Source of the DNA: Vicugna vicugna
Taxonomy: Eukaryota
NCBI GenBank assembly: GCA_013265495.1
Contig: MU058337.1
Location: 3,776,880 to 3,840,879 of the forward strand
Length of the DNA stretch: 64,000 nt
Direction of reading: 5' to 3'
The notes under the pieces were generated by a model that worked only from the letters and a program-made list of their open reading frames with translations, made no database searches and was not told the origin of the DNA. The position numbers and the translations under genes are program-made. Positions 53,200 to 64,000 of the stretch are shown here, in pieces; the first letter of the stretch is position 1, and every line of letters begins with the position of its first letter.

Positions 53200-54092
53200 C
53201 CAGCTAAGTGGGCTGCCTCAGCGTGGTGACTCCTTACCCACATGTACCCTTTGATTGAAATGGAGAGGGTCAGAAGCTGGACTGAACCAGTGAGGTGCCC
53301 TGGGAGGAGCTGGTGGTCTGTGAGTTATGAAAAAACGTGTCCTCTCCATAAGCTGGGAAAGCAGAAAGAGCTCTGCTAGTTCACTGTGTCGTCTTTCCTT
53401 CTCTCCCAAGCGAGCGGGCTTCTCAAATCTCAGACCCAAGAGTGCACACATTTCTCAAATGTAAAATCCAGAAAACATCCTGCAAGATTAGGCTGAAATT
53501 TCCTTTGGTTTCTGTTACTGTCCATGAAAATATTTTTTCAAGGTGTCAGATTGACAGCTACTGAGAAATTCATGGCATGATACAAAATCTACCCTCTTTA
53601 AAGTTTAAAATGTGATTTCTGAATTGTTGAAAGTGAATTATCTAACCCCCAAATGCTCTTAAGGGGAATTATTTACATGGAAACATTTGTTACCTAGGCA
53701 GTCATTCCTTGGCACAGCTGAGGAGTTCTTCATTGAGAGATTAGCTCTTGGGAAAAGAAATAGAGCTTCAGTGTGTTACTGTAGTGACCTGGAATATATT
53801 TTAAAAATCTGAGCAAACGGAGGAAAAAGCAAGTAGCTCCCATAACCAAAGACAGTTTGAAAGAGCAACAACTGTGCTGCTTTTCTATATACTTAATTAA
53901 AGCATTTACTGTAAGGTGCTGAGAACTAGGCATTGTGTCTGCCTTCTAAGTACATGTTTTCAGAAATAGCATTGGCTTTGTATCCGAAACTGTGGTTTCA
54001 GAGTAACTTTGGCAAGCTATTTAGAATTTATAAATTTTAATCTAACTTACTGTACATTGGAAATATTAATATCTCAGTGAGGGAAAATGAAA

Positions 54093-54258
54093 AATACATA
54101 TATATGCATATATATGTGTGTTTATATGCTATTTGTGTAAGTGTATATGTGCAAATGTGTTTATATGTCTATGTCTATATAGGTATATTAGTATGTATAT
54201 GCATATATGTGTGTATATATGTATATCCATATATGTACATCTATGTATATATATGTAT
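54093..54258. repeat. Degenerate (TA/TG)n low-complexity repeat within a MIR
   Basis: Seen directly. Confidence 0.85.
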
Positions 54259-55519
54259 AAACTTGCAAAAGTATGATTGATTGATAGACAATAGATATAG
54301 CTTGCCCAGTATTCAGTAAATGCCACTCTTCTCCCACGTTATTGTATTTGCTGGTGTCTCCAGAAATTGCCCAGCCCTTCCGAGGTATCCCGCTGCTAAC
54401 GAAGGCAGGATCTGTAACTGGAACCCAGTTCTCCATCACTGGTTCTACTCCCTGCAAGCATGCATCCTGTCAGGCTGTGATTGCTTGTCTAAGGGAGGGG
54501 CTCTTGGAGGGGGAGTATGGTATAGATTCTGTTTCTCCTACGACTCCCACAGTGTCCAGCACTTAGTAGGCACAGAGGTAAGTCTTATTTGCCAAAGTCA
54601 ATAACCAAATAACTGAGTGAGTGAAGGTATTCAAGAACAATTCAGTGTGCAGATGGGAAGGCGCATGTGAGTGTCTAGTTGGAAGTGCCATGCCAGCACT
54701 TCGAAGGGCCAAATCCTCAGGAGTTTAAACCTCCAGGGCCTGCAGGGCTTAAGGCGCTAACAGAAGTAACAAAGGAGGACGTGCTGGATACTGGGGCAGA
54801 GCACAGAACGCACACACATTTTAGCATTCCTAGATAGACTTTAATTTTTTTTTAATGTTGCATGTACTTTTTAAACACTGGGCAAGAAAGGTCATTACTT
54901 CTGCAGGGCCTGACTCCCTGAGTCTCCCCCCAGCCCCTGGAGCAGGTGACTTGCTACAGGTCTTCTGCAATGTTAAAATGGAATTTATTTCTTTTGCAAG
55001 ATAGCTAACAAAGCAAGTACTTCCATGGGTAATACTCAAGCTCCACTCCTCACTCCAGTCCTCCCCAGTTTATGGCTTCACTCTTGTATTAGAACCATAA
55101 ATGACCATAGTCAAAGCTCAGACTGACATCATAAGTTATGACAGGTGTCCCTACAGGCTCACTGTGCCCCGTGGCCTCACGAGGATTGACTTTGTCCACA
55201 TCCCTTAATGTATTTCTGCACGACAGCTCTGTGAAAAATACTAATTGATCTTGAGATAGCTGCAGTACAGATACAAAACAGCTTGCAGTTGCCCTGTCAC
55301 CAGGGATTCCTCAGGGAAGGGAAGAGGTAAGGTGATTAACGACACCAGCAAGAAAGGTTTTATCTCGAATGAGATGCTTATGTAAGACAATCTGGCTTTT
55401 GCAACTTTTCCTTTTCTGCTTGTGTTTTATTAGAGGTCAGAAGGAAAGTACATTTATAGGTGAGGATTCCCCCCGGTGCTCTGACTTATTTTATGACATT
55501 CTTCTCCAGCCAAGTGCCC

Positions 55520-55665
55520 GAGGCACAGAGGAAAGGAAAGAGCACTAGACTTGGAGTCAGGAGGTCTGCATTTGGGCCTCAGCTTTGTGAACCTGGGAAA
55601 ACCACTTGACATCTTAGAGCCTCAGTGTCTCCATCTGAAAAATGAGATAACAGTTTATGCCTTGC
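55520..55665 (+). mobile_element. MIR
   Basis: agagcactagacttggagtcagg...gagcctcagtgtctccatctgaaaaatg. Confidence 0.8.
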
Positions 55666-55994
55666 CTTTTCCTGTGCACTGCACCAGTCCTGTCTAATCT
55701 CATCATTTTATTCTTTTAATGCTAACCTCTGTTAGTAAAAAATTGAGCATCTTCTCAAACAGATATGCCTGTATACATTTGTATGTCTTGCACATATATA
55801 ACTTTTAATATATCAGGTATGCTAAACAAAAATAGACATTTTCAGAAGCTGATAAAGAAATCATAGCAGCTAAAATAATTCCTTCTCACTCCCATCTTGC
55901 ATGTCCCCTGGAGTACATGGCCACTACTTTGGAGACAGTGCTCTGGATGTAATAGATTATATTTCTCTAAATGTGACTTTTCCTCCTAGAATCT

Positions 55995-56128
55995 TGATAC
56001 TCAAAATAGTCCATGGACTATACAGTAGCATCAGCATTACCCAGGACATGTTAGAAATGGAAAATCTCAGTTCCCACCCCAGACCTGTTGAATCAGAATC
56101 TGCATTTTGATAAGATCTCCAGGTAACT
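55995..56128. mobile_element. MER5A hAT MITE
   Basis: gcatcagcattacc...gttagaaatgg...ccccagacctgttgaatcagaatctgcatttt. Confidence 0.85.
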
Positions 56129-59100
56129 GGGTCTTCATGGATGTGGAGCCATTTTCTTGAAATAAAGTCCTTTTATTTGAGTGTCTACAGAATGTTTGCT
56201 CACCTTTCATGACTTTAGGAGCACACAGGTGTTAATCTGCCCTTCCATGACCACCCTCATGCCCCCCAGTTAGATGCGCTTACATTTCTGATCCCACGTA
56301 CATTTACATGCTCTGGTATACTGACAGCTCCTCGATGTCTACTAGACTCTGAGCTCTTGACATCAGAAACATTATCTTAAGTACAGTTGTAGTCTTCTTG
56401 GTGTCTGGTAATATTCATTGAAATGAAAATTCAAGGAAGTCTGTTGCCAGAAAAATGAGACATAGTATGTAAAGAAAGACACCCATTTATTCCTTCACTA
56501 AAGAAATACATTTTGAGCAGCCACCAGATGCAAGGAGAATTCCCAGGAGTGCAGTAGAGAAAGGAGGAGGGAACACAGCCCCACCTCGGGGACCTCAAGG
56601 TCTGAAGCATTAAAAAAAGTCATGCTTTTCATTCTCTTTACTTGGTCCTTGCAGTTGCTGCTTTGGCCCCAGGCATTTCAGGAGGTAGTAACATTCTATG
56701 GGAGCTCAGGTGTTTACTCTTGGGGCTGCTGTTGGGTTGGAATGTCCGGGTATCTTGTCCAGGAAAGCCAGCCTCTCAGTTTTCTTAGGACTCCAGCAGA
56801 GCTCTCCATGTCCCAGACCTTGTCCTTCCCTTGGGGTTCAAATTTTTGTTCTTGGCTGAACTATTTCCAGCTGCAAAACAAATGGAAATATATTTACATT
56901 TTCAGTGGGGAACCCAATAAATAAACTCAAAAGAATGGCTAAATAAGAACTTTAAACAATGTAGTAGAGAGGTAGAGGGCTCTACAAAATGTTATCTTTC
57001 TTTTCATTTGACCTTTATGTAATAGTCCAGTGGAATTTCCTCCAACTACAAAACAAGTTGCTTGCAATGAATTCTGTACTGCTACTATTACAGTGTAAAA
57101 TTGCAGAGCACCTCATACCATGGCCTAAATAAAAACTAGAAGCCCAGAAAGTATACTCTGAAAAACAGACCACACCATATTTGATGGACCATCTGTCATG
57201 ATAGAAGAATTAATTTCTAAATAAACACATCTAGCTAATTCCAACAGCTCAGAGCAATTGATGCACCTTGCCAGCTGCCCAGTTCCAGCTACAAAGGAGA
57301 TCTCTACTCCCTGGTTACAAATATAGGAACCAAAGCATAGGGCCAGCAAGCTCTCCTGTAAATTCTCATTCACATGTGATGCAATGTGGACTTTTTAGTC
57401 ACCAGCTCTTATAATTCACCTTTAGTAGCTCCCATCCCAGCTGTATCTCTTGCACTCAGTAAGAAGCTCCTTAGATACATTTTCTTTAAGAATTTGCCTG
57501 CTTTCTATAATTGTAATGCAATATTTCTCAAGTACTTTTCAGGGATTAACTTCTAGCCTAATATAGCTATTTTTTTTTCTTTTTTTTCCTCCACTACTTA
57601 AGTTGCTTAACCTAATTTGGTGTTTACAGACAGCTCTATGTGAATGGCTTTCCCTGGAATTGTTCAGTGCAGAACTTGTACTACATTACAGGGCAGCCTG
57701 TTTTTACTTTTTCTCAATTTTGCCCTCAAGATTACAATTTCAGTGGTAGTGGTTTATACATTTTTTTGTCTAATTTAAATGGATAGGCTGTTTCTATAGG
57801 GAAAGTAATAATCTCAGAAGAAAGACTGATTTTCTGATGGAAATGCTCAACCATAATGGCATGAATGGTGTCACTATAATTACCATTTAAAGAGGAGCAG
57901 AGAATGAAGCAGAGTGGTAGACTCATTAATTTCCCTGCCCCTAACCACCAAGATTCAGATCCAGCTCAGAGAGTAAGGCCAAAAGCCATACCTGTCTGCA
58001 CCACGAATGTTTAGCACGGTGAAATGGAATGTCACAAGGGAGAGGAGGGAACAGGCAGCTCTGCCACCATGTTGACCTTGAAGCAACAAAATAAAAATGT
58101 TAATTACCGTTTGGATTATCATTTGGTAATGATGACTTTATTATGGTAATCACACATTTTAAAGTAGAATCAAACACATTAAATCAGATCCTCAGCAGAT
58201 TCTACTGCTTGAGTTTGTAAAGGTCCCTACTCTAAATGTGTCTTTGAGGGTAAAGTGTATATAGTAATTTAGTTTGGATTTGCTTATGAATAGTATTGTA
58301 CATAAAGTCTAGAATATAATATATAGAAGTTATAGTCAGTGCTTCTGTAAAAAACATATTTTAAATCCCATGCCACATAATATAGTTTTAGTAAGTATAA
58401 TTTACAACAACTTTTACATGAAAATAAAAAGAAATATATATGGAATGTATGGGGAATTACAAACATTTTAAATAGAGAAAATCGATTCAATCTATTTATT
58501 GTTTCCTCCAAGTGGCACAGTTTGAATTCTTCGGACATGGAAACTGTGATAAATGATTGAATTAAATATTTCAATAATTTTTACCGAAGACTTAAGGTTA
58601 TAATAAAGCACATACTAATATTTTAGCAACATTTGATGACAGAATTGGGGTCCAAGTGGATATTATCCCTGAAAGTTTGTTATGTTGATTTTATAGACAA
58701 ATGAAATAAACAAGAGAGTGATATTCTTTGATTACAATGTCTATGTACTTAACATGTTGTGTATTTTTCCTTATATACATGTATCAAAATTTATGCACAT
58801 GCATGTACCCATAAACATACAACGTATGGTTTTAAGAGTATGAAATTTGTAATAAAATATTATAATTTGAATATATATTCTGCAAATTCTTAGCTATATG
58901 CTCTTAGGCAGATTTTTAATCTCAGTCTCCCTACTTGTAAAATGTAAATAATGAACTTTACCTCCTGAGAGAGAGGTGAATGTACATAAAGTGCTAAGTG
59001 CTTGCAGATCTCACCTCCCTCTGCTTGTGGTCTTGGCCTCACCTGGTAGTTCGAGGCCTAAAAAATGAAGGCAAACAATCTCTTTCTATACCAATTTCCC

Positions 59101-59504
59101 ACAGATACTCAATCTGTGCTTCCCTCTCACTCTCTTTCTAGATTTATATCCTCTGGTGCTGGAGGACATACATGGTTCAGTCTTCCCTTAAAAATACTAA
59201 ACTTGAGTTTTGACGACAGAGAGTTAAGACAGGGCAGTCCCCTCAGCTTTCTTCAGTCCAAAGATACATTGATGTGCTTAATTTAGCAAAAAAGAAATAC
59301 ACTCGGGAAGAGATTTTTATACAGATGTTTGAGCCAAAATCTTTATTTAACAAGGGCCATCTTGCTTATGATTGGCAAGATCACTGGGAAGGAGGCTCAG
59401 CCACACACAAGATTCAGCTACTACCAGATTCTCTTTACTGCTGTGTGAACATCTATTACTATGCCAGTTTTTAAGAATTTGTGTACTGTGTTGACAGCCT
59501 TTTT

Positions 59505-59678
59505 AAGGTTTTTGATTGTGGTAAAATACATAAAATATAAAATTTAACATCTAAAACCATTTTTAAGTGTATGATTTAGTACACTTTAGTGTTAAGTGCA
59601 TTGAAATTGTTGTGCAGCCAGTCTCCAGAACTCTTTTCATCTTGCAACATGAAGCTCTGTACCCATTAAACAGCAATA
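59505..59678 (-). mobile_element. L1MB-type 3' end
   Basis: attgtggtaaaatacat...ccagaactcttttcatcttgca...ctctgtacccattaaaca. Confidence 0.8.
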
Positions 59679-59895
59679 CTGATATCCTTTTAATTATTCC
59701 TGAATATACAATGGTATAAAACAGATCTTATTTGACTCGAATAATGTGACAAAGTAGTAAGAAACTCAAAGCAAATGTATCACAGTCCACATTAACAATG
59801 AATGTCTACTATACATATGTATATATTGCATTTAATACTCAGAATTAACTGGTACTAATATACGCTAGTGCTCAAGTACCATTACCCTACTTTTT

Positions 59896-60607
59896 TTTTA
59901 TTGATGTATAGTTGATTTACAAGATTGTGTTAGTTTCAAGTGTACAGCAAAGTGATTCAGTTATATATTTTTTCACATTATTATCCATTATAGATTATTA
60001 TAAGATATTAAATATAGTTCCCTATGCTCTACAGTAAATCCTTGTTGCTTATCTATTTTATGTATTTTATGTATAGTAGTTGGTATCTGTTAATCTCATG
60101 CTCCCATTTTATCCCCCCTCTGCTCCCTTTCTCTTTTGGTAACCATAGTCTGTTTTCTGTATCTGTGAGTCTGCTTCTGTTTTGTATTTAGATTCATTTG
60201 GATTATTTTTTAAATTCCAGACGTAAGTGATACCATAGATTTGTCTTTTCTTTGACTTACTTAATGAAGTATAGTATTCTCTAGGTCCATCTATGTTGCT
60301 GCAAATGGCAATATTTCATTCTTTTTTATGGCTGAGTAATATTCCGTTGTATATACATACATCTTCTTAAGCCAAACATCTGTTGATGGGCACTTGTTTC
60401 TATTTTCTGACTATTGCAAATAGTGCTGCTCTGAACATTGGGGTGTATGTATCTGTTTGAATTAGAGTTTCCATCTTCTCCAGATATATCCCAGGAACAG
60501 GATTGCTGGATCATATGGTAGCTCTATTTTCAGTCTTTTGAAGAAACCGCCACACTGTTTTCCGCAGTGACTGCACCAATTTACATTCCCATCAACAACA
60601 CAGAAAT
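59896..60607 (-). mobile_element. 5'-truncated cetartiodactyl-type L1 with TSDs, inserted in a MIR
   Basis: Poly-T, 3'UTR and ORF2 end; TSD cattaccctacttttt (59880-95) / cattaccccacttttt (60608-23). Confidence 0.92.
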
Positions 60608-60959
60608 CATTACCCCACTTTTTACAGATGATGAAACATTCTAAAGAAGTAAATCATATTTCACTAGCCATGTTTACTAGCAGTAACTTTTAGCCAGAAT
60701 TTTCTTCCAGCTGTAGGTATTGTGCTGGTCACTGTCTTTCATCCCACTGCTTTTCTCATAGTTCACACTCCATTAGTTCTTTCCTGGATATGAACCAACA
60801 CACTAATCCCCAAGTTGCTAGTGTATTTCAAACCTTCTCCTGTTTGCGTTCAAATAGAACTACATCAGATGCAAATCTGAACAAGCACCTTTGCCTATAA
60901 TCCCTATAAGGAGATCCTGTAACCTTAAACACCAAAGTAAAATTTCTTCCTGTTCACTT

Positions 60960-62800
60960 TTTACATTTTTAGTGAGATACAATTAACATACAATAAGCAG
61001 CACATGTATGAGATATTGATGAAAGTGGGCGCATGTATATACACCTTTAAAACTATGAACCATAACCAAGGTGATAAACATGTCCATCACCCCCAATAGT
61101 TATGACCCCCATCTCCAGACAGCCATTAATAAAGTAACATTATGGTTAGTTAGTATTTTCTAGAGTTTTATATAAATAAAAATCATAAAGTATGTATTTT
61201 TTTCTGGCTTCTTCCATGAAACATGATAATTCTGAGTTTCACTCATATGTTTGGGTCTATTGGTAGCTGTTGCTTTTTGTTGTTGTGTAGGGTCCCACTG
61301 AAAAGACAAACTTTGATCTGTTTACCCATTCAGTTGCAGACACATTTTGTTTTTAGTTTGGGGCTACTATGGAAAAAGTGCTGTGAAAATCATGTAAAAG
61401 TCTTTGTATGAATATATGCTTTCATTTCTCTTGAGTAAATATCTAGGAGTAGAATGGCAAGCACTTATGATAGATGTATATTTCATTTTTAAGAGAGACT
61501 CAAACTGTTTCCCTAAATATTTGTATCATTTTACACTTCTGCCAGTAGCACCTGAGAGTTCTACTCACTGCACATGCTCAGCAACACTTGGTATAATCAG
61601 ACCGCTTTTGTTTTTAGCCTTTCCAGTGGGGTGTGTCATATACCTTAGTGTTGTTTTTAACTGGCATTTCTTTAATGACTGATGATGTTGGGCGTCATTT
61701 CATGGGCTATGTGCCACGTGTAATCTTCATCAGCAAAGTGTTGGTTCAAACATTCTTCCCATTTTTAAAAGATTTTTTTTTTTGGTCTCAGTAGTTAAGT
61801 TATAAGAGTTCTTTGTGCAAATCAATTATTCAACATATTTTTTGCAAATATTCTCTCCCTATCTGTATGTTGTCATTTTTGTAACTGTGTCTTTTGAAGA
61901 GTGAAACTTTTTAATCATGAAAAGTTTCAATTATTGAATTCCCTTTCTTATATTTTGTGGGTTTTGTCTTCTAAGAAATTTTTCCCAAACTGAAAATCCC
62001 TGAGATTTTTCTCTTGAGTTTTATAGTTTCAGCTCTTAAATTTAAGTATGAACCATTTAAATTGAAGTTTTGAATATATTGTAAGGTCAGACTCATTATG
62101 CATTTTTTTGCATATGGTTATCCAATCATTCCACCACCAGTTTTTGAAAAGATTATAATTTCCAAATTGAATTACTTCAGCATGTGTCAAAAATCAGTTG
62201 ACCATGTATGTATCTGCAGGTCTGTCTACCTGGACTCTGTTCTGTTCCACTGATTTATTTGTTAATATCTACTCTAACACAGTAGTATCTTAGTTACTAT
62301 AGCTATGTATGAGCCTTGACATAAGAGAGTGTAAGATTCCCAGCTTTAATTTTCTTATTTAAATATATTTTGGCTATTATAGGTCTCAAATATTTCTATC
62401 TGAATTTCAGAAACAGCTTGCCAGTTTCTTCAAAAAAGTCTACTACAATTTTGACTGAGATTGCATTGAATCTGTAGATGATCTTGGGGAGCATAGACTT
62501 CTTAATAATGTTGTGACCTAATAACCTTGTGATCCATGAACAAGATTCTATAAGATCTGCTCTGTAGACAGTCATGTCATCTGTGAATAATGGCAGTTTG
62601 AATTTTTCCTTTACACTCTCCATGCATTTTATTTATTCTCTTTGCCTTACTGCATTGGTTAAAACTACCACTACACTATTAACAGAGGTGGAAGAAGTGG
62701 ATATCCTTGCCTTATTTCAGAACTGAGGAATAGAATTCAGTCTTTCACTATTAAATATGATCGTAGCTGTAGATTTTTCGCAGATAAACTGTATCATTCT
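60960..62800 (-). mobile_element. Old L1 (L1MC/MD-like) 3'UTR and ORF2 remnant
   Basis: ORF 62396-62623 has the RT motif LFTDDMTVY and LPKIIYRFNAI. Confidence 0.88.
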
Positions 62801-62884
62801 CTTCTAACATCCTAGGAGTTTGTTTGGAACAGATGTTGGATTTTTTTTCAAGTATTTTCTTCCTTTTTCGTATGTATTGAGTTG

Positions 62885-63155
62885 ACCACATTGGCCTTGC
62901 TGGACTCCCAGACCCATCTTCTCAACTTGAAGAGTCCTAAGAGTTCCCACTGTGTCCCCCACCTGTACTATGGCCTGGAGACTCCCAGGAGGAGGCAGAG
63001 CCACTGCTGGGCTCACCTCCTTGTTTCCCCTCTCCAGGCTCACTGTTGCATGCTGCCTGATGTGCATTGTCTCAAATCTGCACCTTCATATACTTTTTCC
63101 TATTATTTAGCTGTTTCATGAGGGAGGATAAGTCCAGAAGCTATTCTTTCATCAA
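62885..63155 (-). mobile_element. Old L1 5'-end-like fragment
   Basis: gggctcacctccttgtttcccctctcc...tgctgcctgatgt...gggaggataagtccag. Confidence 0.55.
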
Positions 63156-63289
63156 AGACAAATATTGATGTCGTCCTGTCAATCTACACAGTCTTCTCTC
63201 TTGCCCGTCTCCAACTTGCAACTCTTTCTTCAGACCTAAAGAGCTACTCATGGATCTCCAAATGCTCTGTATCTTTTTAAATGATTTCT

Positions 63290-63610
63290 TCTGCCCCACC
63301 CCCCCATGCCCTTATCTTCACCTACATAAACCCCTCATCCTGTAAGACAAAGTATAGCTGCTGTATCCTCCCAGGAAACCTCCCTGTCCTTCCATAAAAA
63401 TCAGGGTCCCTCCTGTATGTACCCCATTGCCTTGTGCTTATGACTGTCATATCAGCACCGACCTGCTTACCGCAGTGGATTGTGGCTATTTGAGAAGAAC
63501 CTCTGTCATAGTCTTCCCTGTTTTCCCAAAATCCAGTATGTAATAGGAATTGATAAGTTGAAAGAAGGAAGGAATGATAATATGTAAGCCATTTCTCTGT
63601 CTGCTTTGGC
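63290..63610 (+). mobile_element. L2 3' fragment
   Basis: cctccaggaaacctccctg...ccagtatgtaataggaattgataagttgaaagaaggaaggaatga. Confidence 0.6.
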
Positions 63611-64000
63611 ATAGATCTGTTTGTATTTCACTATAGTTTCCCTGATACAATAGTTTTTAATATTTTAATCATAAATTAAGAAATATTTCAGTGAGAATTT
63701 GATAAATCTGAGTCTTTTTCTCTAGAAAATGAATTAATTTTAAATTCAATACATATTTTCTTATTTTTAAAGCTATTTTATATAAAATAACTATGGAAGA
63801 TACTTAAAAAATCATCCTGGGGTTTACTTGTGCTTATAGACAGTTCAACTTTATTGTGATAGAACAAGACATAAATAATAATGAAAGCAAGTCAAAAATA
63901 TTTATACAGTGAAGAAGAAAACCAACATCTTTGGATTTGTCTTTGACATTTAAATTTATAAGAGTTTGTGTGGTAGCCCTCCACAAAATTACTTTTGCCT

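Noticed and set aside
54077..54457. Y/I/H/V-rich ORFs
   Set aside because: Translations of the (TA/TG)n microsatellite.
1..64000. Prokaryotic operons, defence systems, NUMTs, intact ERV or transposase genes
   Set aside because: No long ORFs, no gene-dense segment and no mitochondrial-like or foreign-composition block seen.

Overview
AT-rich, CpG-depleted mammalian genomic DNA. The young L1 3' UTR at 20.5-21.1 kb, Tigger1a_Art-like elements and the apparent absence of Alu, B1, Bov-A, PRE-1 and Can-SINE point to a cetartiodactyl, most likely a camelid; this is inference. Much of the window is recognisable interspersed repeat: L1, L2, MIR, MaLR/ERVL/ERV1 solo LTRs, hAT and TcMar DNA transposons, and one tRNA-derived MamSINE1. 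The main non-repeat landmark is a single CpG island at about 21.16-21.64 kb. It carries ETS, GC-box, NRF1 and YY1 motifs and has outward-facing splice donors on both strands, consistent with a bidirectional promoter. I could not recognise any known protein-coding gene, and most listed ORFs are chance or repeat-derived. Candidate exon chains run away from the island on both strands but are unverified. I found no convincing novel biological system. The best leads are the divergent transcript pair, a triple octamer cluster, a perfect CTCF core inside a MER20, and several palindromes. Repeat names come from recalled consensus sequences and boundaries are approximate.
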